In this document: in pieces, positions 46,176 through 55,502 of the stretch
Position numbering within the stretch: position 1 is the first letter of the stretch
How the letters are laid out: every line of letters begins with the position of its first letter
Source: an uncultured Oscillospiraceae bacterium
Lineage (GTDB): Bacteria > Bacillota > Clostridia > Oscillospirales > Oscillospiraceae
Direction of reading: 5' to 3'
DNA length: 64,000 bases
Assembly: GCA_964527315.1 (NCBI GenBank)
Contig: CAZGOQ010000001.1
Span: 7,972-71,971 of the forward strand
Notes under the pieces: model-generated
Databases searched by the model: none
What the model saw: only the letters and a program-made list of their open reading frames with translations
What the model was told of the DNA's origin: nothing
Translations under genes and position numbers: made by a program

Positions 46176-47681
46176 TCATCTTGGAATCAGCAGGATTCCC
46201 TCCGGCGCTGCATCCTCGGAAAGACCGTTTGCAGCCAGAATGGCCTCCTGAGTGGTATGGTACTCCTTTGCAATATCCCAAAGGCTCTCCTCCCGGCGCG
46301 GCTGACGGATGATCAATCCCGGAGCGGAATGCTCCTGTTCCATTTCTTCCAGGTTTCCACCAATAATTTCTAAAAAATCCATGGGCCGGTAGGTGCTCAC
46401 CGCCATGGTGCCGTTAACCTTGATGTCCATATCGTCCATACCCGGACTGCCGGAGGCCGTCAAAGATGTTGTTTCCGCCTCGAATCTGCACCCTTCCGAA
46501 GCCCGGGTTGTTGCAGTCAGTTCTGTGCGGACGCTGGAACTGCGCAGCTGCCCCTGATCGTTTTCCCATAAGATCTGCGCCGTCACAGGCAGCGTAAATT
46601 CAATCTGCTCCCCGGATCGCTTTTCCGATGTTTCTCCGGTCAGGCAGTTGACATAGATCACACGGTTTGCCTGTCCATCAGCGTTGCCATGGCCCACTGG
46701 GGCGAAATACTGGCAGTCCAGCAGAGAATCATAACTCCGTTGAGCCGTTTCCGGCGTAATTTCTCCATCCAGCGCATAGATATCCCCTACATAGCTGATC
46801 TCCCGTCTGGAAAACACCTCCGCCGTTGTCAGCAACTGCAGGGTTACGTTGAGGCTGCCGCCGTCGGCGGACAGTTCCACATCCGCTCCGGTCAGACAGC
46901 TTTTGATCTTCAATTCGTCTGTTTCCTGGCAATCGCCCAGGTCGATGTACTGAGAAAAGGGAAGCGTCGCGGAGCCGGTCTGCATACGGCCATCGCCATC
47001 CATATAGAGCGCATACAGCCTGCATTCGCCTTTGAGCACCGCTCTGGCTCCTGTCAAGCGGGAATCCGCGTGGGTCAATTCCACCTGATAGCCTGCCAGA
47101 TTTTCCGCCAGTCCCTCCGGACTCAGGCGCACCGTGTCTTCCACGGTATAATTTTTTTCCCCCAGCGCGGAAAGCCAGCGAACCGGAGCCGTTTTTCGCA
47201 GCAGGCAGACCCGCTTGTCCTGCGTTCCGTCCAAATGTTCTTCCGTCGCCGGCTCATAGACCGTCGCACAAACCGCAATGGTTGCACGAACCATGATTTT
47301 TCTGGGATTGACAAGATGGCCGTCCAGACGACGCAGCGTTACCTGGACCCGGGTCTCCATTCCGGGCTTTAATACGCTGTTTTCCAGCTTTAAACTCATG
47401 GGGATATAGACCTCCACCACCTCCGGCGTTTTTCTGCCCTCGGGCTGTGTCAGCGCCGTGGCGCTGACGCCGGCGGAGATGCTGAGAATCCCCTCTGTCA
47501 ATTCCTTTCCCCGGAGAAAGGCCATGCCGCTGGTAAACAGTACCTCCGTCACATCGGGGCAGGAATCCGGGATGATGGCCTCCGCCGTCTCCTCCATGCT
47601 CCTGGTTTCCCGGAGCGCCGGCCTGAGGTAGGAGGCGCTCTGTTTCAAAAATTCCAATTTCAACTTGATACACTCCTTCAT
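46176..47681 (-). CDS. SipL-like spore morphogenetic protein (DUF3794/SPOCS repeats + C-terminal LysM)
   Basis: The N-terminal region is of DUF3794 type (AEAIIPDSCPDVTEVL...). The C-terminal LysM is ESLWDIAKEYHTTQEAILAANGL. An alternative TTG start at 47663 lies 9 nt after AAGGAG. Confidence 0.65.
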   Translation of the reverse strand: MKECIKLKLEFLKQSASYLRPALRETRSMEETAEAIIPDSCPDVTEVLFTSGMAFLRGKELTEGILSISAGVSATALTQPEGRKTPEVVEVYIPMSLKLENSVLKPGMETRVQVTLRRLDGHLVNPRKIMVRATIAVCATVYEPATEEHLDGTQDKRVCLLRKTAPVRWLSALGEKNYTVEDTVRLSPEGLAENLAGYQVELTHADSRLTGARAVLKGECRLYALYMDGDGRMQTGSATLPFSQYIDLGDCQETDELKIKSCLTGADVELSADGGSLNVTLQLLTTAEVFSRREISYVGDIYALDGEITPETAQRSYDSLLDCQYFAPVGHGNADGQANRVIYVNCLTGETSEKRSGEQIEFTLPVTAQILWENDQGQLRSSSVRTELTATTRASEGCRFEAETTSLTASGSPGMDDMDIKVNGTMAVSTYRPMDFLEIIGGNLEEMEQEHSAPGLIIRQPRREESLWDIAKEYHTTQEAILAANGLSEDAAPEGILLIPR

Positions 47682-47804
47682 TGGGGCGCTCAGGGCACCT
47701 CTTTATGAAAAAGTATATTCTCACAATTCGCTTTCTATGTCTCATTTTTCCGGTCAGAAAAGCGTTTCCCTTTACCAGCAAATATTTGATCCAAAAATTT
47801 GATT

Positions 47805-47951
47805 TCAGCAATGCATGAAAATACAGCCAGCCACAACGGCTGCAATCCCCAGCAGGATCGGGCACAGCCCACTTTGGAGCAAAACGGCCAAAATCATCCC
47901 TACACCGAAGGCAAACAGCGCAATCCCAATAACCTCTCGTTTTCTAATCAT
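47805..47951 (-). CDS. possible 48-aa membrane micro-protein
   Basis: MIRKREVIGIALFAFGVGMILAVLLQSGLCPILLGIAAVVAGCIFMHC has two hydrophobic helices. It is below the ORF-track length cutoff. The putative SD overlaps the rsgA terminator stem. Confidence 0.3.
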   Translation of the reverse strand: MIRKREVIGIALFAFGVGMILAVLLQSGLCPILLGIAAVVAGCIFMHC

Positions 47952-47957
47952 AAAAAC

Positions 47958-47984
47958 ATCCCCCGCACAGTCTATGCGGGGGAT
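47958..47984 (-). terminator. terminator after rsgA
   Basis: 10-bp stem ATCCCCCGCA/TGCGGGGGAT with a 7-nt loop, followed on the minus strand by GTTTTTAT. Confidence 0.6.
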
Positions 47985-48034
47985 GCAATTCCATGATCAA
48001 TTTTAAAGTAAAAATCGGCAGGAGTGGAAATATG

Positions 48035-48928
48035 TTAATCTTTTTTGTGTTCCCATTCCCGATATTCTTTCCGCTTTTCATAGAGCCGGACATAACTCTC
48101 ATGCCGGGTCTTTCCGATTTTTCCGTCGGCCAGCGCCTGCAGCACCGCGCAGCCCTGCTCTTTGATGTGGGCGCAGTCATCAAACCGGCATTTGCCCAGG
48201 TAAGGGGAAAATTCCGGGAAAGCCAACGCCAGCGTTTCCGGCGAACCAACCTCCATCCGTTCCGTGTCAAAGGAGGAAAAGCCGGGCGTATCCATGATCT
48301 TTGTGCCGTTCGGCAGGGAGAAAAGTTCTACATGCCGGGTGGTATGTCTGCCGCGGCCCAGTTTTTTGCTGACTTCGCCGGTGGCGATCCGCGCTTCCGG
48401 ATAGAGAGCGTTGAGCATAGTAGACTTCCCAACGCCGGAGTTTCCGGTAAAGGCTGCCAGCTTTCCCTTCAGCATTGACCTGAGTTCCTCCACGCCCTGT
48501 CCTGTTTTCGCGCTGGATCTCAGTACAGGGATTCCTGCCTGGTTATAAATCGCGAACAGAGTGTCCGCCGGGTCGAGATCACACTTGGTCAGCAGCAAAA
48601 TGGTCTCCACCCGCTGTACCGACGCGATCGCTGAGATCCGGTCAATGAGAAAAGGGTCTGTGACCGGATTGACCTGAGACGCCATCATCACAAGGACGTC
48701 CACATTGCTCACTGCCGGACGGATAAAGCTGTTTTTGCGGGGAAGCACCTCCTGCACATAGCCGCTATCCCCACTGAGAAAATAGGTCACATGGTCTCCC
48801 ACAAGCGGACTGACGCCCAGCTTTCTCAGTTTTCCCCTGGCTCTGCATCGGACGATTTCCGTTCCAGTGTCCACATCATAAAAGCCGCTAAGGGCGCGAA
48901 TGATTATTCCCTGATATTCCTGTGTCAT
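48035..48928 (-). CDS. rsgA: ribosome small-subunit-dependent GTPase A
   Basis: Circularly permuted GTPase (LTKCDL ... GNSGVGKST) with a C-terminal zinc knuckle CRFDDCAH. Confidence 0.9.
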   Translation of the reverse strand: MTQEYQGIIIRALSGFYDVDTGTEIVRCRARGKLRKLGVSPLVGDHVTYFLSGDSGYVQEVLPRKNSFIRPAVSNVDVLVMMASQVNPVTDPFLIDRISAIASVQRVETILLLTKCDLDPADTLFAIYNQAGIPVLRSSAKTGQGVEELRSMLKGKLAAFTGNSGVGKSTMLNALYPEARIATGEVSKKLGRGRHTTRHVELFSLPNGTKIMDTPGFSSFDTERMEVGSPETLALAFPEFSPYLGKCRFDDCAHIKEQGCAVLQALADGKIGKTRHESYVRLYEKRKEYREWEHKKD

Positions 48929-50946
48929 TCAATCGGTTCCACAGGAGGGTCCAGTGTCGGCGCCTGAGAGGGATCCGGCTCCTGTGAGGGAGAAGGGGAA
49001 GGAGAAGGAGACGGAGACGGAGACGACGGCTCCTGCGAGGGAGAAGGCGACGGGGAAGAAGTCGTCTCCTGTATCGGCGAGGGAGACGGGGAAGGAGATG
49101 TTTCTTCTTTGCCAAGAGAAACCTTAATGCTGATCACGGTGCCCTCTTTGACCTCCTGCTTATATTTGATACTCTGATAGAATACGCGCCCTTCCTCAGC
49201 TTCATTTTCCGCTCTGGTTACATTGGCGATCAAATTTCTTGATTCAATCAGCGCGACCGCGTCTTTCTCTTCCAGATCCAGAACATCCGGCACCTCGACC
49301 AGTTTGGTTCCTTCGCCGCTGGATACCGTGATCGTTACAGTATCGCCGGAACGAAGTTCTGTTCCGTATACCGGAGAAGACGAGATTACCTTCCCTTCTT
49401 CTACATTCTCCGACTCCGTATAACTGTAGTTAATGGACAGGGAAAGCTGATCGGTCAATTCCTGCATGGCACTCTCCGCTTCCTGCACTGTCTTCCCGAC
49501 CACATTTGGCATAGGCATGGTCTGCGTACCCTTGGAAACCGTCAGTCGGACGGTGGTGCCAACCGTCACTTTTTTGCCCTTATCCACGCTTTGCTCGCAA
49601 ATCTCTCCTTCGGCATACCGCTCGTTGTAAACCCGTTCGCCCTCCACCAGATTGAGGTCGCTGTATAGTTCATCCTCCAGAACGTCCTCCAACTGCTTGC
49701 CCAGAAAATTCGGCACCGACACAAGGCCGTCGCTGCTTTCACCGGAAAATACGGTTCGCCACATGACAATTCCAAGGATTACAACGACCACCAGCAACAC
49801 AGATACTACAATAATTGGCGTTTTGCTGCTCCGGCGCTCCTCCTCATCTGAATCGTCATAGTAATCCGCGTAACGCTGCTGCTTTCGGCCGGCCTTTTCC
49901 TGATTGGCCCGCTGGACAGAGCGTTCCGCCATACTACGAGCCTTTTGCTGCGCCGCCTGTTGGGCGTCGGCTGTTTGCGCCGGACGCTGCGCTGCCTGCG
50001 CCTGCTGCCGTGACTGCCCGCCCTGGCGCTGCTGGGTTTGGCCCGCTGTAGTCGAACGGGTGTCCACATAGGCCGTGGAGCCGCCGGGTCCGGCGTTAAA
50101 GCGGAACACCACCTGCGGATTTTTTCGAAGCGCTTCCAGATCTTCTATCATTGCTGTCGCAGAAGCATAGCGCGCCGTCATATCGGAGCACATGGCATGC
50201 AGGGTGATCTGCTGAAGCCCCAGCGGAATGTTCGGGTTGATCTGACGGGGCGGCGTCGGTGTGGAGTTGATATGCTGAATGGCGATCGCCACAGGGGATT
50301 CTCCGTCATAGGGCGGTTTTCCGGTCAGCATTTCATACATGACCACACCCAGAGAATAGAGATCCGACCGGGCGTCCACCTGCGCCCCCTTGGCCTGTTC
50401 CGGAGAAATATAATGTACAGACCCCAAAGCTTCACGGGTCAGCGTATTCTGGGAGGAATTCAGACGCGCAATCCCAAAATCGGCCACCTTAACGCTGCCG
50501 TCCTTCAAGATCATAATATTATGGGGCTTGATATCCCGATGCACGATGCCGCGGCTGTGTGCGTGCTCCAGGGCCTTGGCACTCTGGGTTGCAAAATGCA
50601 GCGCTTCCCGCCAGGAAATTGAGCCCCGCTGCTGCATATACTGCTTGAGCGTCAAGCCGTCAATCAATTCCATCACGATATAATCCGCATCGCTGGAATG
50701 TCCCACATCGTAAACTGCGACGATATTGGGATGGGACAGCATGGCGACTGCCTGACTTTCCGCGTGGAATCTGCGGCGGAAATCTTCGTCCCGGCTCAGT
50801 TCTTCCTTTAAAATTTTTACCGCCACAAATCGGTTCAGGCGATGGCATCTGGCCCGGTAAACCACGGCCATCCCGCCTCTGCCGATCTCTTCTAAAATCT
50901 CATAGCGGCCATCCAGCAGCCGTCCAATATATTTATCCATTTGCAT
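48925..50946 (-). CDS. prkC: Ser/Thr protein kinase with extracellular PASTA repeats
   Basis: Hanks kinase motifs (GRGGMAVVY, HRDIKPHN, DFGIA), a TM segment, PASTA-like repeats and an SP-rich tail. Confidence 0.9.
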   Translation of the reverse strand: MQMDKYIGRLLDGRYEILEEIGRGGMAVVYRARCHRLNRFVAVKILKEELSRDEDFRRRFHAESQAVAMLSHPNIVAVYDVGHSSDADYIVMELIDGLTLKQYMQQRGSISWREALHFATQSAKALEHAHSRGIVHRDIKPHNIMILKDGSVKVADFGIARLNSSQNTLTREALGSVHYISPEQAKGAQVDARSDLYSLGVVMYEMLTGKPPYDGESPVAIAIQHINSTPTPPRQINPNIPLGLQQITLHAMCSDMTARYASATAMIEDLEALRKNPQVVFRFNAGPGGSTAYVDTRSTTAGQTQQRQGGQSRQQAQAAQRPAQTADAQQAAQQKARSMAERSVQRANQEKAGRKQQRYADYYDDSDEEERRSSKTPIIVVSVLLVVVVILGIVMWRTVFSGESSDGLVSVPNFLGKQLEDVLEDELYSDLNLVEGERVYNERYAEGEICEQSVDKGKKVTVGTTVRLTVSKGTQTMPMPNVVGKTVQEAESAMQELTDQLSLSINYSYTESENVEEGKVISSSPVYGTELRSGDTVTITVSSGEGTKLVEVPDVLDLEEKDAVALIESRNLIANVTRAENEAEEGRVFYQSIKYKQEVKEGTVISIKVSLGKEETSPSPSPSPIQETTSSPSPSPSQEPSSPSPSPSPSPSPSQEPDPSQAPTLDPPVEPIE
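48931..49095 (-). repeat. degenerate Ser-Pro dipeptide repeat coding region at the 3' end of prkC
   Basis: GGAGAAGG/GGAGACGG-type repeats encode SPSPSPSPIQETTSSPSPSPSQEPSSPSPSPSPSPSPSQEP. Confidence 0.7.
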
Positions 50947-50964
50947 CGCTCCCCCGGCGTGTTT

Positions 50965-51696
50965 TTAAAATTTGATGAGAACCACCGTTACATTGTCCGG
51001 GGCTCCCCGCTTTTTGGCCGTATCGATCAGTCTCTGGCAGCATTCTGTGCCTTCGTCGGTATGCGTTACTTCATAGAGCAGTTCCGGCTTTGTGACCAGA
51101 TTGGAAAGGCCGTCCGAGCAGAGTAGCAGATACTCTCCCTTTTCCATGTTCAGATAAAAGCAGTCCGGCACTACCTCCGGCTCAGTCCCAACCGCTCTGG
51201 TGATCAGATTTTTATTGGGATGCTTTCTGGCCTGCTCTTCGCTGATTTGCCCTCGAGCGACCATCAGTCCGACCACCGAGTGATCCTCCGTGACCTGCTG
51301 TACCTCTTCGCCGGAGATATAATAGCACCGACTGTCTCCCACATTGACAATATAGGCCCCCTGATGTTGAAGGAAGACCGCCACCAGCGTTGTGCCCATG
51401 CCCTTGAAATCCGGGCTGACCCTGGACTGCTCATAGACGGCGCGGTTGGCGCTTTTCACCCCATCCACCAGCATCGAAACGATCTGCTGCTGCTGCATAT
51501 CCTGGCTCACACTGCCGGAAATATCCTGCAAAAAAACCTCCGAAGCCAGCCGTGACGCAACATCGCCTGATTTGGCGCCGCCCATTCCATCGCAGAGCAC
51601 TGCCAGAAACTGGCCCGGGCCAAGGCTGAGACAGCGATAATAATCCTGATTTTGCTTCCGGACCATTCCCTGATCCGTCGCGCCCCAAATTTCCAT
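50965..51696 (-). CDS. PP2C-family Ser/Thr phosphatase (Stp/PrpC)
   Basis: GATDQGMVRKQNQDYY and DGMGG motifs. I trimmed the start to ATG 51696 after GAGGTGA. Confidence 0.9.
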   Translation of the reverse strand: MEIWGATDQGMVRKQNQDYYRCLSLGPGQFLAVLCDGMGGAKSGDVASRLASEVFLQDISGSVSQDMQQQQIVSMLVDGVKSANRAVYEQSRVSPDFKGMGTTLVAVFLQHQGAYIVNVGDSRCYYISGEEVQQVTEDHSVVGLMVARGQISEEQARKHPNKNLITRAVGTEPEVVPDCFYLNMEKGEYLLLCSDGLSNLVTKPELLYEVTHTDEGTECCQRLIDTAKKRGAPDNVTVVLIKF

Positions 51697-51706
51697 TTTC
51701 GTCACC

Positions 51707-52738
51707 TCACAATTCCTGCAGGGCCTTCCGACGAAGCTGCCCGCAGGAGGCGTCGATATCACCGCCCAGCCTTCTTCGCACAGTGGCAGTGATCCCTGCA
51801 CGCTCCAGTGTTTCCTGAAAGCGGAGGATGTTCCCCTTGGTGGAGGGCTTGAATGGGCTTTCCTCCACGTTGTTGAGCGGGATCATGTTCACATGAGCGC
51901 CCATGCCGCGGAGCAGGCTGATCAGCTTCTCCGCATGAGCCTGCGTGTCATTGACCCCATCGATCATCGCGTATTCAAAGGAAATGCGCCTACCCGTTTC
52001 TTCAAAGTACCGGCGGCAGGCTTTCATCAGCTTCTCCACGCTATAGCGGCGATTGACCGGCATGATCCTGCTCCTGGTCTCATCATCCGGCGCGTGAAGG
52101 GATACAGATAATGTTAATTGTAAATGAAGAGAGGCCAGTTTGTCAATTCTTTCTGTCAAACCGCAGGTAGAAAGTGAAATATGCCGCATGGAAATATTCA
52201 TGCCATCCGGATGATTGACCAGTTCCAGGAACCTGACCACAGCATCAAAATTGTCCAGCGGCTCTCCAATTCCCATAAGAACGATATGGGAAATTTTCTT
52301 GCCGCTGTCCTTCTCTGTAAACAGAACCTGATCAAGGATCTCTCCGGCAGTGAGCCGTCTGACCAGTCCCCCCAGCGTTGAAGCGCAAAAGGCGCAGCCC
52401 ATGGCGCAGCCCACCTCTGTGGAAACGCAGACGGTATTGCCATACTGATACCGCATCAAAACCGTTTCCACGCAGCTGCCGTCTCCCATCCGCCAAAGAT
52501 ATTTGATGGTGCCGTCCCTTTTGCTCTCCTGCTTCCGCTCCACGCTGGGAACTGAAATATAAAATTCCTCATCCAAGCGCTCCCGCAGAGCCTTGGACAA
52601 GTTTGTCATGTCCGAAAAAGACACCGCGCCCTGATGGAGCCAGCTGAAAACCTGTTTTGCCCGAAATTTTTTCTCTCCCATTTCCATCAGCGCTGTTTCC
52701 AACTGGGAAAGGTTCATGGATTTGATATCCTGTTTCAT
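51707..52738 (-). CDS. rlmN: 23S rRNA (adenine2503-C2)-methyltransferase, radical SAM
   Basis: CVSTEVGCAMGCAFCAS CxxxCxxC cluster and a GIGEPLDN motif. Confidence 0.95.
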   Translation of the reverse strand: MKQDIKSMNLSQLETALMEMGEKKFRAKQVFSWLHQGAVSFSDMTNLSKALRERLDEEFYISVPSVERKQESKRDGTIKYLWRMGDGSCVETVLMRYQYGNTVCVSTEVGCAMGCAFCASTLGGLVRRLTAGEILDQVLFTEKDSGKKISHIVLMGIGEPLDNFDAVVRFLELVNHPDGMNISMRHISLSTCGLTERIDKLASLHLQLTLSVSLHAPDDETRSRIMPVNRRYSVEKLMKACRRYFEETGRRISFEYAMIDGVNDTQAHAEKLISLLRGMGAHVNMIPLNNVEESPFKPSTKGNILRFQETLERAGITATVRRRLGGDIDASCGQLRRKALQEL

Positions 52739-54036
52739 TGTTGTTTCCTCATCACCGACAGAAAAAAGCCGTCGCAGTCGTCCAGACCCTGATATAAACT
52801 CAGCATACCGGTGCTTTGGCAGGAAAGCGGCTCCGGTACAGAAAATGGAACTGCCGAAAACTCCGGATGCTGCTTGAAAAATCCCTCTGCCACCATCTCA
52901 TTTTCCCGCTGCAAAATCGTGCAGGTGCTGTAAAGAAGGCGTCCACCGGGGCGGACATACCGGCCGGCCTGGGCTAAGATTTCCTTTTGAAGAGCAGGCA
53001 GCGTTTCTATTGCTTTCACATTCTTATATCGGATATCCGGCTTTTTCCGGATCACGCCCAGGCCGGAACAGGGTACGTCCGCGATCACGATATCAAACTG
53101 CTTTTCCCATGTCCTGCGGAATTCCAACGCATCATTTTCTACGGTTTCCACAATAGAGACTCCCAGCCTCGATGCGGCTTTCTGTATTTCCTCCAGCTTG
53201 CCCCTGTGAATATCGCAGGCAAGGATAGTTCCCTGATTCTTCATATGCATGGCCGCAGCCATGGACTTTCCGCCGGGCGCGGCGCAAAGATCCAGGACAT
53301 TCTCCCCCGGCTGGGGCGCCAGCACGTCCACCGCCAGCCTCGCTGCGGCGTCCTGCACCTGAAACAGTCCTTCCCGGAAGGCCGGTAGCTGTTCCAAATT
53401 TCCTGTGCCCCTGAGCAGAAAGCAGCCGGAAAGCCATGGATGGGGCGTAACGGATACACCCGTCTCCGCCAGGCTGTGCGCCAGTCTTTTCGGCGTTGTT
53501 TTCAGCGAATTGACGATCACAGTCGTCTCCGGACTGCTGTTGTCCGCCCGCAAGATCGGTTCCAGTTTTTCCCCAACCGATTCCCTGATCAGATTCACCA
53601 GTTCCGCCGGATGGCTGTAGCGGATGGCATAGTCCTCCGGTAGTTCCAGAGTATCTTTTTTCCGGAGAAAATTCCGAAGCACGGCATTGCACAGACCAGC
53701 TTCCCGCAGGGAAAACTTTTTCTTCGCCTGCTCTACAGCCTCATGGACTGCGGCGGAGTCCGGCACCCGGTTCATAAACTGGAGTTGATAAATAGCCAGA
53801 CGCAGGATATCCCGAAGCACGGGCTGCAAATGTTTCCGACCGGTCAAAAGGAGATTGATCTCATAGTCCAGCAGCGCCTGATTTTGGAGTATGCCGTAGA
53901 AAAGCGCCGTAGCGAACGCCGCGTCTCGCTGAGAAAGTCTTGCATTTTTTATTTCTTCCTTCAGCACAGCATCTGACCATCCGCCGTTTTTACGGCAGAC
54001 CGTCAGCGCCCGAAGGACTGCATTTCTGGCCGGCAA
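52735..54036 (-). CDS. rsmB: 16S rRNA (cytosine967-C5)-methyltransferase
   Basis: NusB-like N-terminus plus DLCAAPGGKS and DVPCSGLG motifs. TTG start 8 nt after GAGGAG. Confidence 0.9.
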   Translation of the reverse strand: MPARNAVLRALTVCRKNGGWSDAVLKEEIKNARLSQRDAAFATALFYGILQNQALLDYEINLLLTGRKHLQPVLRDILRLAIYQLQFMNRVPDSAAVHEAVEQAKKKFSLREAGLCNAVLRNFLRKKDTLELPEDYAIRYSHPAELVNLIRESVGEKLEPILRADNSSPETTVIVNSLKTTPKRLAHSLAETGVSVTPHPWLSGCFLLRGTGNLEQLPAFREGLFQVQDAAARLAVDVLAPQPGENVLDLCAAPGGKSMAAAMHMKNQGTILACDIHRGKLEEIQKAASRLGVSIVETVENDALEFRRTWEKQFDIVIADVPCSGLGVIRKKPDIRYKNVKAIETLPALQKEILAQAGRYVRPGGRLLYSTCTILQRENEMVAEGFFKQHPEFSAVPFSVPEPLSCQSTGMLSLYQGLDDCDGFFLSVMRKQQ

Positions 54037-54059
54037 CCTGATCGCTCCTCTCTTCCCTT

Positions 54060-54980
54060 CTATTCGATCACTATGGGATGCCCCCGTAGATAGTCGGCGC
54101 AGCGCATCCGCTTGCCCCCCTGGGCCTGTACTTCCTCAACCAAAATCACACTGCCGCTGCCGCAGGCCATTTCCAGGCCCTGCCTGGTCACAGCCACCGG
54201 CTGCCCCGGGGCTTTATCTGTCTGCTGCTCCAGTATTTTCACAGAAAAGACCTTTGCGGGCTTTCCATTCAGTTCCATGGTCGCCACCGGCCAGGGGATC
54301 ATACCCCGCACATGACAGGAGATCTCTCTGGGCGACTTGGTCCAGTCAATAGGGGCCATGCTTTTTTTCAGCATTGGCGCATAGGTGGCCTCTGACTCTA
54401 TCTGCGGCGTACTTGTCGCGGTTCCCTGATCGATCATAGCAATCGTTTCGCTGAGCAGTTCCGCGCCCAGCGCCGCCAATTTTTCTGTCAGGGTTTCCGT
54501 GGTGTCGGTATCCGCAATGGGGAGCGCTTTCTTTGCAATCATATCGCCCTCGTCCATTTTTTCCGAAAGATACATGACCGTCACGCCGGTCTCTTTGTCT
54601 CCGTTTAAAATGCTCCATTGAATTGGACCGGCTCCCCGCAGTTTTGGCAGCAGACTGGCATGGATGTTGATACAGCCGTATTTGGGGATATCCAGCACCG
54701 TTTTTGGCAAAAGCTTTCCGTAGGCCACCACGCAGATCAAATCCGGCTGAAGCGCCCGCAGTTCCTCAATCACCGATTCCTCCCGAAACGAGATTGGCTG
54801 AATGACCTTCAGTCCCTTTTCCAGCGCGAATTCCTTGACCGGGGAAGCCGACAGCTTCATGCCCCTGTTTTTGGGCGTGTCGATCTTGGTATAGACCGCC
54901 GAAATCTCATGGCCGTCCTGATAGATCCGGCTCAAGCAGGTCTTTGCAATCTCCGGCGTTCCCATATAGACGATATTCAA
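54060..54980 (-). CDS. fmt: methionyl-tRNA formyltransferase
   Basis: NIVYMGTPEIA N-terminus and an HASLLPKLRGAGPIQ motif. TTG start overlaps the def stop. Confidence 0.9.
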   Translation of the reverse strand: MNIVYMGTPEIAKTCLSRIYQDGHEISAVYTKIDTPKNRGMKLSASPVKEFALEKGLKVIQPISFREESVIEELRALQPDLICVVAYGKLLPKTVLDIPKYGCINIHASLLPKLRGAGPIQWSILNGDKETGVTVMYLSEKMDEGDMIAKKALPIADTDTTETLTEKLAALGAELLSETIAMIDQGTATSTPQIESEATYAPMLKKSMAPIDWTKSPREISCHVRGMIPWPVATMELNGKPAKVFSVKILEQQTDKAPGQPVAVTRQGLEMACGSGSVILVEEVQAQGGKRMRCADYLRGHPIVIE

Positions 54981-55483
54981 ACTGTCTCCTCCTGCTCTTC
55001 CATCTCCATTTCGGCGAGTTCCGCTTCCGTCATCAGTTTGGAAGCCCGGTCTACGAATAAAATGCCATCCAAATGCTCGCATTCATGGACAAAACACCGG
55101 CCAATCAGACCGGATTCCGTTGCTGTAAATACGTTTCCGTCCCGGTCCATGGCCTTTACCGTCACGGTCATGGGCCGTTTTACGATGCCCCACAGGCCAG
55201 GTACGCTGAGACAGCCCTCCAGGTCTTCCTGTTCTCCGGCGGTTTCCACCACCGAGGGATTGACCAGTTCCAAAATCGTCCCATCCTCTTTCTGAATGAC
55301 CACAATGCGGCGAAGAATTCCTACCTGAGGCGCTGCAAGACCAACGCCGCCGGAATCCTTCAGTGTCTCCGCCAAATCGTCGATCATATTGTGAAGCCGC
55401 TGGTCAAAAACTGTAACCGGGCGGGATTTTTTCCGCAGGCTTTCTTCGTCCGTGTCTTTTTTTAAAATAGTTCTCAATGCCAT
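54977..55483 (-). CDS. def: peptide deformylase
   Basis: GVGLAAPQVG, EGCLSVPG and HECEHL motifs. I trimmed the start to ATG 55483 after AGGAGGAA. Confidence 0.95.
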   Translation of the reverse strand: MALRTILKKDTDEESLRKKSRPVTVFDQRLHNMIDDLAETLKDSGGVGLAAPQVGILRRIVVIQKEDGTILELVNPSVVETAGEQEDLEGCLSVPGLWGIVKRPMTVTVKAMDRDGNVFTATESGLIGRCFVHECEHLDGILFVDRASKLMTEAELAEMEMEEQEETV

Positions 55484-55502
55484 GGGGCATTCCTCCTGTT
55501 TT

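Noticed and set aside
48888-49115. 75-aa Arg/Leu/Pro-repeat ORF (RRLLPRR...).
   Set aside because: It is an alternative frame of the Ser-Pro repeat DNA at the 3' end of prkC, an artefact of the repeat.
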